Positions 30,101 to 39,200 of a stretch of 46,118 nt of DNA are shown piece after piece. Origin of the DNA: an uncultured Verrucomicrobiota bacterium (lineage in GTDB: Bacteria; Verrucomicrobiota; Kiritimatiellia; CAIQIC01; JAGNIJ01); assembly GCA_964617565.1 (NCBI GenBank), contig CAZTYH010000018.1:1-46118 (forward strand). The letters run 5' to 3'. Position 1 is the stretch's first letter. Each line of letters opens with the position of its first letter. Under the pieces are notes generated by a model that ran no database searches, was not told the origin of the DNA, and saw only the letters and a program-made list of their open reading frames with translations. The position numbers were made by a program, and so were the translations under genes.

Positions 30101-33100
30101 CGCAGTCATGGCCTCCCACCCACAGCAGAAGCTGATCGGTTCCATCCACCGGCGCCACACGCTCGAAGTCCACATTCAGCCAGACCCCTGTGGCATACGA
30201 GCCGTCGAATTCCTGCCCATGCGCAGTCCGTCCGACCTCATTGGTGCTCTCCATCTTGATGCCGCAACGAAGCCAGTTGGTCCCGCCTTCGACCAGCTTG
30301 GCAATGAACAGGCGTCCCTGGACCCGGAGCGTTTCGCCTGAAACACAGGTGATTTGCTGCTGCAGATTGTTCCAGCTCCAGACATTGGTCTCGCCCTGAA
30401 CGGCCCAGGCCCCCCGCATCCGGGCCGAATAATCGCCCTCCCATGCGCGAAGGGTCGTGGCGTAAATATCCAGGTGATCCGCGCCGGAGGCCCAACCCAT
30501 CACGTCACCGGTCTCAAAGCCCATGTTCTCGCCAAGATGCCCATATTGATTGGTCACCACGGTGACATTGGTCGCGCCGTTGTTCGGAAAACCGAACACC
30601 GGGCCGACCTGCAATCGGCTGTCGGAAACATCAAAGCCGTACTTACCGCCGTCGCGGCGCTGAACTTCGGCCTTGATGTAATAAGAGCCCGGCGGCACGG
30701 CGGACACGTCCCAATCGTAAGCCACCTTGTGCGAATGAACGGGCACAAGAAGCAATTGCCCGTCATTGATCAACTTCCAGTCATTCGAACGGCCGTTCCC
30801 GTAATACAGGTTGGCATGGAGCGGCTCATCTTCGCCGTCGGTCGCTTGAAACTCGATCTGGTAAATCTGGTTACTCCAGTTGTTTCCCCCGTCGGGGGTA
30901 TTGGGCGCCAGGATCGTCACGCCCGGCGCAAAAACGCCACGATAGCGATACCGGGCATGCACGCGCTCGCCTTTCGCCAGGTTCTCATTCACCGGGCATG
31001 CGACCACGATGTTGTCGTTGATTTCAGAAATGGTGTTCTGCTCGAAGATGTCGAGCGAGAGGTCGCGGCCTCCGTCATTCAGCATCGTAATCTCAAACGT
31101 GCTGACCTTGCGGTAGGGCGCCTCCGTGCTGAATCCGTAGGACTGGTCTCCCCGGTCCTGCTGCATGATGTACATCACGTCGTTGCTGCGAAAACTGCTC
31201 AAACGCCGGTGATAAATATTCGTCGGCGGATTCATCGAATAATGCGTGATCCATTCACCGTCCGACTTGTTGAGCATGATCACATCGTGATCGTGCCCCT
31301 CGAAGCCTTCGTTGATCCCCATTCCGCCGCGCCAGAACATGTTCACCTGCGCGAAAACGTTCAGGGGACCATGCTCCTCGAGTACCACCGCGCGATTTGC
31401 GTAGATATCGTTCTCCACTTCGAAATAAGCGCCCTCGTCGGCCACCTGGTCCGGAGCGAAATGACCGTCGAAGCCGAGTACCCCGGTGAACCACTGGTTC
31501 GTCTTCGAGCGAACCGGCATGACGATCTTCACATAGCTGTCGTCCGGTGCGCCCCGGTTGGTCGGCGTCGTCCGCGACACCAGGCTCGCATAGGCCTCGG
31601 GGATGAGTGGCGCATCTTCCTTGTACTGGTGGATGCCGAAGATGTCCGCGGATACCGGCCGGAAGCTGCCGCCCATCACGCCGTCATAATCCGTCATGCG
31701 GAAATAGCCATTGCCGCGAATTTCGATGATGCCGGGAAACTTGGGCTCGCCGAACTCGTTGGTTCCGTACATGTGCCCGATCTTATATCCCACGAAGTAC
31801 GACGCCGGCCCCGGAATGAAGTCCGTGTAGTCATCCTCGAAAATGGACCGCACGCCGGATGCGGCATTGGGCCACGTGAAGAGATATTCTTCGTAGGAAC
31901 GGCGGCTCCATCGTCCATCGCGCCGCACGAACAGATCAATCGGCTCGATCGTCGCGCTGCCGCGCGGCACCTGCTGGATGAACCAATTGTCGCGATCCAG
32001 CAACCCATATTCCCACCCCGCGCGCAAGAAGACCTCGTTATGATCCTGGTATGTGCAATTCGGATAATCCACCATGCCGCGACTTTCCCCGTCCGTCGCC
32101 CATCCCATATGGATTTCCTGCGAGAGGAACGTAAGGTTCGTGTGTCCCGGCTCATTGCAGTTCACTGCGAGCTTCAGCGCTTTGACGTTGGAGGCGGCTC
32201 CGTTGGTCGCGACGGTGTGCAGGACGAAATACTTGTCGTACTCACGGTTGTATTCGCCGAGGTTTTCGTCGAATACGATATGCAGCGAGGTCGGCCACTG
32301 CCCGTCGTAATGCGTGACCAATCGCCTTGGCAACTGGCTCAGTGGCGAACCGACCACGTAAGTGTGGTGCGAACCGAAGGGCCCCTCGCCGAACTCCGCG
32401 CTGCTGTTGTCCCTGTCGCCCAGCACGAAGTATGGCTCGTTCGTATCAATCTCCACTGGCGCGCCGCGTAACGTGTGCCAGAGACGCGCGCAATAGATAT
32501 ACTGATCCAACTCCATCCATCCCGGCCCTTCGCCTCCCAACTCGTAAACCATGATGCTGTTGGTAATCGTGATCACCACATCGTTCGAGAATGCGCGAAA
32601 ACGCCAGCTCGCCGCCATGAGTTCAATGCTTGAAGGGTAAATGATCGGATTGGTCGAGCCGCCCGGATAACCATAGGCGTTCAGTCCCGGGTAGACGACG
32701 GGCGGGATGTCGTTTTCGTCCGGCGCGGCAGTAAGGGCCGCTGCTTCATCGCGCACGCGGTTGTACAACGATTCCACCGGCTGCGCATTGGCCGATACGC
32801 CGTCCAGCATTACCGCATCGTAGTAGATGTCCACTTCACTGCTTTTGTCATCGCCTCCGGAGTAGCCCGTGTACGTCAGTGTCAGCTTTGCATCTGTAAC
32901 GAGCCCCGTCGGGGAGTGATCACTGGAAATCTCGATGGCATCAAAGTAAATATCGGCAAGCGCCGAGCCCGACTGGACATCGCCGCAAACCATGGCGCGT
33001 AATTCGTACGTTGCCGAATTGGTGATGACGGCCATGAGCTTCATATCCAGCCACTGACCTTCAGGTGAAGTATTGTTGTAGGAATGCTCGAACGCGGAAT

Positions 33101-34301
33101 GAACGATGCCGGGGCCGGAGGGTGATTCCAGTTTCAGTCCTGCCACCACCCATCCCTTACTGCATTCCAGGTCGGCGATATACAGTTTACCTTTCGCACG
33201 AACCACGTCTCCCGATTTGAAGAAATAGCTCTGCGCAGCCTGATTCCAACTCCATCCGCTCCAGTTTCCGCTCATGCGAAGCGATCTTGTGCCGGCATAA
33301 GCCCGGGCGCTGGTCACCGTCGCGTTCAGATGGTCCGTACCAACAAACCAGCCCGTGGTATTGCCCGGCTCAAAACTGCCATTCTCGGCGTTCACGGGCT
33401 TCTTCTGCGCCCGCACGTCGTCGAAATACACTTCCGCGCTGGCCTGTCCGTTGCCGACATCACCGCACACCATGCAACGGAAGACGTAGAATCCGTCGTT
33501 AGTTACCGTGGTGGTGAATTCAAGCGTGGTCCAGCCAACGGTGCTGGTCGAAGCTTGATAAACGGATTCAATAAAGAAACCGGTCGCTTCATTTTCCAGC
33601 TTGATGCCCGCCACCGCCCAGCCGTCCGTCTTGGTGAACTCCTTCACATACACGCGCGCCTGGGCCCGCACGGTTTCGCCGCTCGTGAGCATCAGACCTT
33701 GTGAAGCATGGTTAAAGCTCCAGTTCGTCCAAACACCTGAGAATTTCGCCGCGTACTCACCCTCATCCACCGTCTCGTGCGAAAGCGCGATGTCGAGATC
33801 GTCCGCCCCCACCATCCAGTCTCTCAACGAGCCGGCTTCGAATCCGCCGTTCATGACGCCTGCGATGCCGCCGTAGATATTGAAGAACACCCAGCCCGGC
33901 TCCGGGTTTGTCCACACCTGCGAGGTGGACTCAAGCGGCCCTTCAAATTTCGCCTCCAGGCGGCCGGCCGCTTCAGCGCTCTCTGCGAGATGCGTCTTCC
34001 ACCAGACGAAACCGACCGCATTCACAACATCGCCGCCGTGCATGCTGAACGATTGGGATATCGAATTCGTGATCCAGCGGGCCGAGGAATAGGAACCCTG
34101 CATGCGGGCGGCATAGTTTCGATTGAACGTCTCATTGGTTGCCACCGAAAGGGCTATTCCGTCGCTACCTGCCACCCATCCGGAGAAATCACCCGTTTCG
34201 AAATCCGGGTTCTGAAGGGTTACAGCAGACGCATGAATAGAAGCAGATAGAAGCGATATCAGCAGCACGAGCACTAATCCACTGTTAGAGAGCGCTCTCA
34301 T
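27111..34301 (-). CDS. Giant (2396 aa) secreted multidomain protein: five CBM-like modules, an uncharacterised core, two TSP3-like repeat regions, a papain/C39-like region and a conserved C-terminal tail
   Basis: Signal peptide MRALSNSGLVLVLLISLLSASIHASA. CBM-like modules open with LQNPDFETGDFSGW, VMNGGFEAGSLRDW, AENGSFEPGNTTGW, GENMGFETGDVMGW and LLLNPGFEFVPLYW. The core carries LGDRDNSSAEF. Asp-rich DMDNDGLPDSWE...DPDRDNYSNMEEYLAGSDPNDPNS and DSDSDGDGVSDAQELYAGSSPLDPDS regions are present. Ends in AAFYRVEVE. The frame stays open with coherent domain grammar over 7.2 kb. Confidence 0.85.
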   Translation of the reverse strand: MRALSNSGLVLVLLISLLSASIHASAVTLQNPDFETGDFSGWVAGSDGIALSVATNETFNRNYAARMQGSYSSARWITNSISQSFSMHGGDVVNAVGFVWWKTHLAESAEAAGRLEAKFEGPLESTSQVWTNPEPGWVFFNIYGGIAGVMNGGFEAGSLRDWMVGADDLDIALSHETVDEGEYAAKFSGVWTNWSFNHASQGLMLTSGETVRAQARVYVKEFTKTDGWAVAGIKLENEATGFFIESVYQASTSTVGWTTLEFTTTVTNDGFYVFRCMVCGDVGNGQASAEVYFDDVRAQKKPVNAENGSFEPGNTTGWFVGTDHLNATVTSARAYAGTRSLRMSGNWSGWSWNQAAQSYFFKSGDVVRAKGKLYIADLECSKGWVVAGLKLESPSGPGIVHSAFEHSYNNTSPEGQWLDMKLMAVITNSATYELRAMVCGDVQSGSALADIYFDAIEISSDHSPTGLVTDAKLTLTYTGYSGGDDKSSEVDIYYDAVMLDGVSANAQPVESLYNRVRDEAAALTAAPDENDIPPVVYPGLNAYGYPGGSTNPIIYPSSIELMAASWRFRAFSNDVVITITNSIMVYELGGEGPGWMELDQYIYCARLWHTLRGAPVEIDTNEPYFVLGDRDNSSAEFGEGPFGSHHTYVVGSPLSQLPRRLVTHYDGQWPTSLHIVFDENLGEYNREYDKYFVLHTVATNGAASNVKALKLAVNCNEPGHTNLTFLSQEIHMGWATDGESRGMVDYPNCTYQDHNEVFLRAGWEYGLLDRDNWFIQQVPRGSATIEPIDLFVRRDGRWSRRSYEEYLFTWPNAASGVRSIFEDDYTDFIPGPASYFVGYKIGHMYGTNEFGEPKFPGIIEIRGNGYFRMTDYDGVMGGSFRPVSADIFGIHQYKEDAPLIPEAYASLVSRTTPTNRGAPDDSYVKIVMPVRSKTNQWFTGVLGFDGHFAPDQVADEGAYFEVENDIYANRAVVLEEHGPLNVFAQVNMFWRGGMGINEGFEGHDHDVIMLNKSDGEWITHYSMNPPTNIYHRRLSSFRSNDVMYIMQQDRGDQSYGFSTEAPYRKVSTFEITMLNDGGRDLSLDIFEQNTISEINDNIVVACPVNENLAKGERVHARYRYRGVFAPGVTILAPNTPDGGNNWSNQIYQIEFQATDGEDEPLHANLYYGNGRSNDWKLINDGQLLLVPVHSHKVAYDWDVSAVPPGSYYIKAEVQRRDGGKYGFDVSDSRLQVGPVFGFPNNGATNVTVVTNQYGHLGENMGFETGDVMGWASGADHLDIYATTLRAWEGDYSARMRGAWAVQGETNVWSWNNLQQQITCVSGETLRVQGRLFIAKLVEGGTNWLRCGIKMESTNEVGRTAHGQEFDGSYATGVWLNVDFERVAPVDGTDQLLLWVGGHDCAHVDVFFDDIKVTSTNTGLVVTNRIRGGYWEGDEPVDVSDHDVLAFQVAMNRDGSNLQVWVADGNGVTNSLPVTNFVERVISLAQQVSIPWTSFPDVDLSRILSLGFVSPSQREFSIQAVRSTPQPVSVHVQFPFAPMKDKEGLPHYNPGQDVIQIITISNDSASALDNVRIQLLQEYGEDTWWWDESPHVAARWSKRTRKGDRLCGDFEANWLSVDIPAHGSTTLTNVYSMPAGRLIDHTRFAIPSDGDWYIFRNYAARGQVRLVVRRADGAALTEIEQAGVYSMDDDYDMDNDGLPDSWELQHGGCETCMEPEDDPDRDNYSNMEEYLAGSDPNDPNSYPGHVTSYVLRLAYTNGVDGFPRAVAEQTNYTGVASAWMIARYLNGPSFTQSQDQIYAANTKSAQHNGEITPQSCASWMYYNAPPQYYFSARYRWTLDEALKETVYWMDYLPPGGQKTPVYILCGTNWSYKVIRGFETDKAPYDGGYGVTTGNVFTIYGVWLNDPRHAGLGYDVYVTASEMNSVYAPSEADGKRWLVAEPPREAEALAQAEEAMAATTILYAEAAADPLLAGQLSALLDGNVFEEKDAGSNDKQWEEYSGPALFNILPGALRDDDGFMSVFDQVGHTNYYLVNAGAGDSEYILAAGGVRGPASTLYVLKLSTHGALQRATWVSESTMYPAVFHDGAKWLAFKDLGLGIPAENLLLNPGFEFVPLYWACGMAATSYPWGARSGSWSMSVASWVADHGYFYQDYTAGQAGEPYTFALWLQRDAGFNASAIELKLEWLDVVGSPLGEVTAEVSGSVDEVYRLFRVDGTAPAGTRTVRCTLWCGGVTGEGALKCDDAILISSTTRTIVEVARLVYDPELDSSPFMPRWEFLLSTPSGVVTGHVSQMRTDLDSDSDGDGVSDAQELYAGSSPLDPDSGFFFMGERTAGSGTDVILEWNSVEGRTYSVWRGTNLFSATPFQRIRARIPATPPVNQHAESLPGSAAFYRVEVE
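34288..34299. promoter_or_regulatory. Perfect 12-bp palindrome GAGAGCGCTCTC abutting the start codon of giant gene 1
   Basis: Read directly. An identical element sits at the start of giant gene 2 (44591..44602), and both lie inside an identical 17-nt block. Its GAGCGCTC core matches the centre of the symmetric lac operator. Confidence 0.35.
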
Positions 34302-34323
34302 AAATAAACAACAACCCCCAGTA

Positions 34324-34345
34324 GCAACGAAACCGGTTTTGTTGC
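34324..34345. promoter_or_regulatory. Candidate LacI-family operator (22-bp near-perfect palindrome) in the divergent promoter region
   Basis: GCAACGAAACCGGTTTTGTTGC is a palindrome with one mismatched pair. A second AACCGGTT core lies at 34394..34408 (AATAACCGGTTTATT). Each is followed by TTGCTAAA(A)CC. Confidence 0.45.
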
Positions 34346-34504
34346 TAAAACCTATATCTTATTACTAAAACGATTGTCAACAAACAAAGTAAGAATAACC
34401 GGTTTATTGCTAAACCGCTTAAGGTTATGGCTTTGCTCTCCATTCGCCTCCGTGTAGTATGGAGGCCTGCACAGATGGGCAGTCGAGGACATCAAAGGAC
34501 TCCT

Positions 34505-35515
34505 ATGCAGAATAGAGCTACACTAAAAGACGTCTGCCGTGAAGCCGGAGTTTCAAAGGCCACGATTTCTCATGTGCTGAACAACAAGCCCGGCGTGAGC
34601 ATGGAAACGCGTAAGCGCATCCTCGAGCTTATTCAAAGAATGGGGTACAAGCCCAAGCCGGCCGCACGCCACCTCTCGCTCGCGCGCACGGAAACCCTCG
34701 CCTGCGTTTTCGAAGATCTCACGCCCGGCTGGCTCTTGAGCATCTATCGCGGCATCCTCAGCAAAGCGTCGGAGATGAAGTACCATGTCGTCACCGCTCT
34801 CTCTGTATGGGAGGGCGATCAGTTCGAACTGCCCACCAACGTTCTCGGCACTGCCAGCGTGGACGGACTGCTCTGGCTCGATCCGCGAACGACGCCGGAC
34901 ATCATCCGCCGATTCAAACAAGAACAGCATATGCCGTTCATCGTGCTGCAGGGACACCTCGACGATCCCGACATCACCACGATCTCCATCGAAGACGCGC
35001 GTGGTGCATATCTCGCCGTGAAACACCTGCTCGACACCGGCCGCCGTAAACTGATGCTGATCACCGGCCAGGAAGACAACTACGACTCGCAGCAAAAACT
35101 CCTCGGCTCACGCCAGGCGCTCGCGGAGGCCGGACTCTCCATCGCGCCCGAGTACATCCTGAACGGCCACCACGTGGACGACTATGCCATTCGCGCCGTG
35201 GACACCTTCATGAAAACCGGCCATCCGTTGCCCGACGCGATCTTCGCGTTCAACGACAACATGGCGCTGGCGGTCATGCGGTGGCTGATGGATCGCGGCA
35301 TCCGCGTGCCGGAAGACGTAGCCATCGTCGGATTCGATGGAATTGACGATGCCCGGCGCAGCGGACTTACCACCGTCGAGACCCCGATGCGCGAGATGGG
35401 CATGCTCGCCGTCCAAACGCTCATCGAACTCATCCACACACCTGCCGCCGAACGCAAGGCCCAGCACATCATGATGGGCGGTACGCTGGCGGTGCGGAGA
35501 ACGACGGCGGGATGA
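34505..35515 (+). CDS. LacI/GalR-family transcriptional regulator
   Basis: MQNRATLKDVCREAGVSKATISHVLNNKPGVSMETRKRILELIQRMGYKPKPAARHL is the canonical LacI HTH and hinge, followed by a periplasmic-binding-protein-like sugar domain (AIFAFNDNMALAVMRWL, VPEDVAIVGFDG). The ORF-track start at 34427 adds 26 atypical residues. Confidence 0.85.
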   Translation: MQNRATLKDVCREAGVSKATISHVLNNKPGVSMETRKRILELIQRMGYKPKPAARHLSLARTETLACVFEDLTPGWLLSIYRGILSKASEMKYHVVTALSVWEGDQFELPTNVLGTASVDGLLWLDPRTTPDIIRRFKQEQHMPFIVLQGHLDDPDITTISIEDARGAYLAVKHLLDTGRRKLMLITGQEDNYDSQQKLLGSRQALAEAGLSIAPEYILNGHHVDDYAIRAVDTFMKTGHPLPDAIFAFNDNMALAVMRWLMDRGIRVPEDVAIVGFDGIDDARRSGLTTVETPMREMGMLAVQTLIELIHTPAAERKAQHIMMGGTLAVRRTTAG

Positions 35516-35574
35516 CGGAAAATATCGAATTTTGAACGCTCAAGATTGAATGTTCGAAGTTTTCCCCGCTCTCC

Positions 35575-36159
35575 CTACTCCTTTACAAATGAAACCTCAT
35601 CCACGAGGAAAGATCCTTTGCCTCCGCGATCACCTTCGTGCAGATGAATTCCGATCACGGCCGCAACAGCGCCCTTCGGCGCCTGCGCCCTGTTGATCTG
35701 CGCCAGTTCCCATCGCATTCGTGACATGGTTGGCTTCAGAGCCTCACCCCACGTCCGCGCAACTTCCCGCCCCTCGTCATCCTTCCACTCGATGGCCAAT
35801 TGTCCATATGCCGAACCTTGCAGGGGATTCGAACGATCGTTCATCACCCATGCCGAAAGCGTATAGCGTCCATCCTCCTCAACATTTACAACCTGGATGA
35901 TGCCTTGAAAATGTCTGGGGATCCCTGCGCAGGAAATTTTTATGCATTGCGTGCCATCTCTCCCCGCTGTCGGCGCAATCCCGATGTCCGCCCGCTTCGC
36001 GGAATACACCATCCAATCGTCCGGTACCGCACCCCCGCGTCCGTCCGGTTGCTCAAATCCGGGGTTCAACAGCGCATTTTCACTTCGCGCCACCGAAGAC
36101 AAGCCCACTGCCAATCCGATTCCAACGACCAGCACCCGACTACGACAACTCGCTTTCAT
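35575..36159 (-). CDS. Small secreted stand-alone CBM-like protein; paralogue of 26504..27076
   Basis: 194 aa with signal peptide MKASCRSRVLVVGIGLAVGLSSVARS, then NALLNPGFEQPDG...W. Shares AIEWKDDEGREVAR and IGIHLHEG...GSFLVDEVSF with the other copy. Starts 45 bp downstream of giant gene 2. Confidence 0.65.
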   Translation of the reverse strand: MKASCRSRVLVVGIGLAVGLSSVARSENALLNPGFEQPDGRGGAVPDDWMVYSAKRADIGIAPTAGRDGTQCIKISCAGIPRHFQGIIQVVNVEEDGRYTLSAWVMNDRSNPLQGSAYGQLAIEWKDDEGREVARTWGEALKPTMSRMRWELAQINRAQAPKGAVAAVIGIHLHEGDRGGKGSFLVDEVSFVKE

Positions 36160-36204
36160 CCCCCGCCCCTCTCTGAGCGATGCTCAACAACCCCATTCTT
36201 CACA

Positions 36205-39200
36205 TCATGGCGTGCCCGCCTTGACTCGATAGTAACGTATGCCATCCTGCGGTTTTCCGCCGCTCGTTCCCGCCGAAAAATCATCAACAAAGGTATACTT
36301 GGCGGAAACAACATTCGTCTCTACCCAGGTTCCGACTCCATTACTGGTGTCGTTGAATGTTCGCCATGTCGTCGTCGGCCCCAACATGCCATCGGTAATC
36401 CACAACGTATATTTCCGGCCCGGCTCCGTTTTAACGGTAACAAGATAAGCATCTCCTTCTGCCGGCTTGGGCGACGCAGCCGTCGTCATCAACGCCGATT
36501 CACTGTTTGTCGGACTTGTGCTGGCCTGATACTCAAACCAGTTCGGCGCTCCGTCGCCGTCCGGATCGTCATCCGCGCCATATTCCAATGCCTGAAAATT
36601 CATCCATTCCCAGACATCCGGCAACCCGTCCCCATCCCAATCCGTCGGCACGATAATCCATGTGCTGCCCGACGCGGTACTGTTGGTTGTCCCCTGGCCG
36701 TCATCACAGGTAAATGCGGCCATGTTGCTGGTCCCCGCATCCGCCACGGTTGTGGTCACCGTCAGGTAACGCCCATTAAAGCCCGAGGATGGCGGGATCG
36801 TCACGGCGGAGATCGTAATGTCGTCGCCATCCGGATCGAAGGCGAGAATGCGGATATCGGTTATGGACTCAATGGGCACATCGTATTGCGGCTCCATGAA
36901 GAACTGCGGGGCGCGGTTTTGTTGCCGCTTGGTGTACAACTCGAATTCATCCAGGTCCAGACCCCACGTTTCTTCGCTGCACCGGAAGGCAAACGTGTGC
37001 GATCCCGCCGTCAGATTGCCGATGTAAATCTCCTGCGAGTTGGTGAAAGAGTCCCACGAATGCGTGCTCAGCGTGGGAAAACGCGCCTTCAATGTTTCAT
37101 CCATGTAGATCTTCAGCATCGTCGGGCCGACATCGTCCGAGTAGCGAACCCGCATGTAGACCTGCGTCGCGGGCGCGCTCAGTGTCACCTGGTAATAGGC
37201 CGTCGAATTGGTCTGCTCCATGTGAATGCTCTGGCCGCCGACGGCGCCCGAGCGAACCGCGTCCACGATGTTGCTGGCGCTGTCATAGTCCTCGCCCTGC
37301 CGCACCAGGATGGATTCGCGCACCCAGTACTTCTTCGGATGCGACACCAGCTTGAACTCGTCCATGTCCATTCCGAACGTTCCCGGACCAACGACAATCC
37401 GGATCGTGTGCCAGCCGGGCAGAAGATCGCCGAGCGGGATGTTCGGCAGCATGTCGAAGTCGTTCCACCCGCCGGTATTCATTCCATAGGCCTGACCAAT
37501 CAGCTCATCGTCAATGTAGACCTGCACAAGATTGCCCGGGTAATCGCCATTGTTTCCGCCGTCGTCGTCGGCGTATCGGATGATCATGTGCGTGTCCGGG
37601 CGGCCGCGATCGAGATACACATGGAACGTCGCCTCGCCTCCGTCCAGTCCGAAGCTGATCGCCTCATTGCCACGCCCACCCGTGCGAATCACTTTCGTGT
37701 ACCCGATTCCCTCATCCAGTGTTTCCGCCTGCCGGACCAGGAACGCCTTGATCGGGTCCGTGATCTCAAACGCAAACTCAGGGCAATAGGTGTTGTGATA
37801 TGTCGTGACTTCCTTGAAGAATTTCCACCATGTCCCGTGCAGTTCGTTCCAGTGCCGCTGAATCGGAAAGACCCCATCCGCGGTTTCGACGCGGTCAATA
37901 TCCGCTTTCCCGTCGAACACCCACATGGAGCGGAATCGCGTGAAGGAATTGGTCGTCGTGTCGTAACGGATGTCTGTCACGTCCACCACGTTCTGCTCGC
38001 GGTCCACCCAGAGGTCCATGCGACACGAGCCACCGTTCTTGTAGACGATATCCATCGAGAGATCCTTCGGATTCACCGTCACGGTATCAATCGCGGCGAA
38101 CGGGCGGTCGCTCTCCACCGTCGGTCCGACGATCACCGATGCACCGAACGGCGTCCAATCCACGCCCTTCGGCGGGTGCGGAAGCAGCCTCACGTTGCCG
38201 TCCTCATACATGACAAACACCTGCGAGTATTCCATCGTGTTCGTGTCGGGCACGCGCTTCACGATGCGGAAGTAGTGAACGTCCGTCGCGGAACCCTGCG
38301 GCGTGATTACCGTCATGGCCGCGGGCGCGCGCCACCAGAAGTCAATATGGATGGCTTCGACGATGACATTCCCGTCCTCATACAGCGTGGCGAAGCTCGG
38401 TCCGACATGCCACCACGGAACATCAATAAGTTCCTTTGGCGCCATTTCACCCGCCTCGTCGCGCTTGGTGAGCTGAAGCGCATCATAATCGGCGTGCGCG
38501 CCTGGTGTCGTTTCGCCGCCCTGCTCCGACGGAACCACTTCCAAGCGGATCGTGCTCATGTCCGTTTCCTCGGACCAGAAGAAATCGGGCGTCTGCCAAT
38601 GCCGCACCAGATTCTGCGCGTTGAAGACATGGTTACTGGTCGGCTGCCACCGCCCATCTCTCCACTCCACCTGGTTGGTCAGCACCAGCCAATCGGTGCC
38701 GTTCCCTATGGAAACCCGCAAATCCAGCGTTCCAGTCACCTCACGCATCGCCACCATCAGCCGCGACCCGATCAGATGAACGAGGTTCACATCCTCCGGC
38801 TCGAATGCCGTGAACACGATGTACTGGTTGGACATCACGGATGTGTCTAACTCCGCCGGGAACTCGGACCATGGCTCGTCAATCCCGGCGGGCGGATGAT
38901 CGAGCGTGTAATGCACGTCCCCTTCACCGTATCCGGATTGCTTGAACTCGGCGGAAGAGCCGTCCAGGTTCCCAATCTTCCAGATCGTGCGATCGGCGAA
39001 GTCGCAATCGTCGAAGTCGTGCCCGCGCTCGTTGATGGAGGACGGGTAGTACGCCGGATGCGTTACCGTCACGCGGAACGCGCTGGTGTTCGTGTGCCAT
39101 AGCGGCACATTGATGTTATCCATCTCCGCACACAACGTGTCGTAGGAGCGCTCCTCGATCCAGCCCTGTTGGCTGCTCAAGCTCGGGACGTACACGCTGA

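Noticed and set aside
30354-32471. 705-aa ORF on the plus strand
   Set aside because: Antisense shadow of giant gene 1. No motifs and a biased Arg/His/Val composition.
35800-38850. 1016-aa ORF on the plus strand
   Set aside because: It is entirely antisense to giant gene 2, whose frame has coherent repeat and domain structure. The translation is Arg/His/Pro/Val-rich low-information sequence typical of shadow ORFs in GC-rich DNA.
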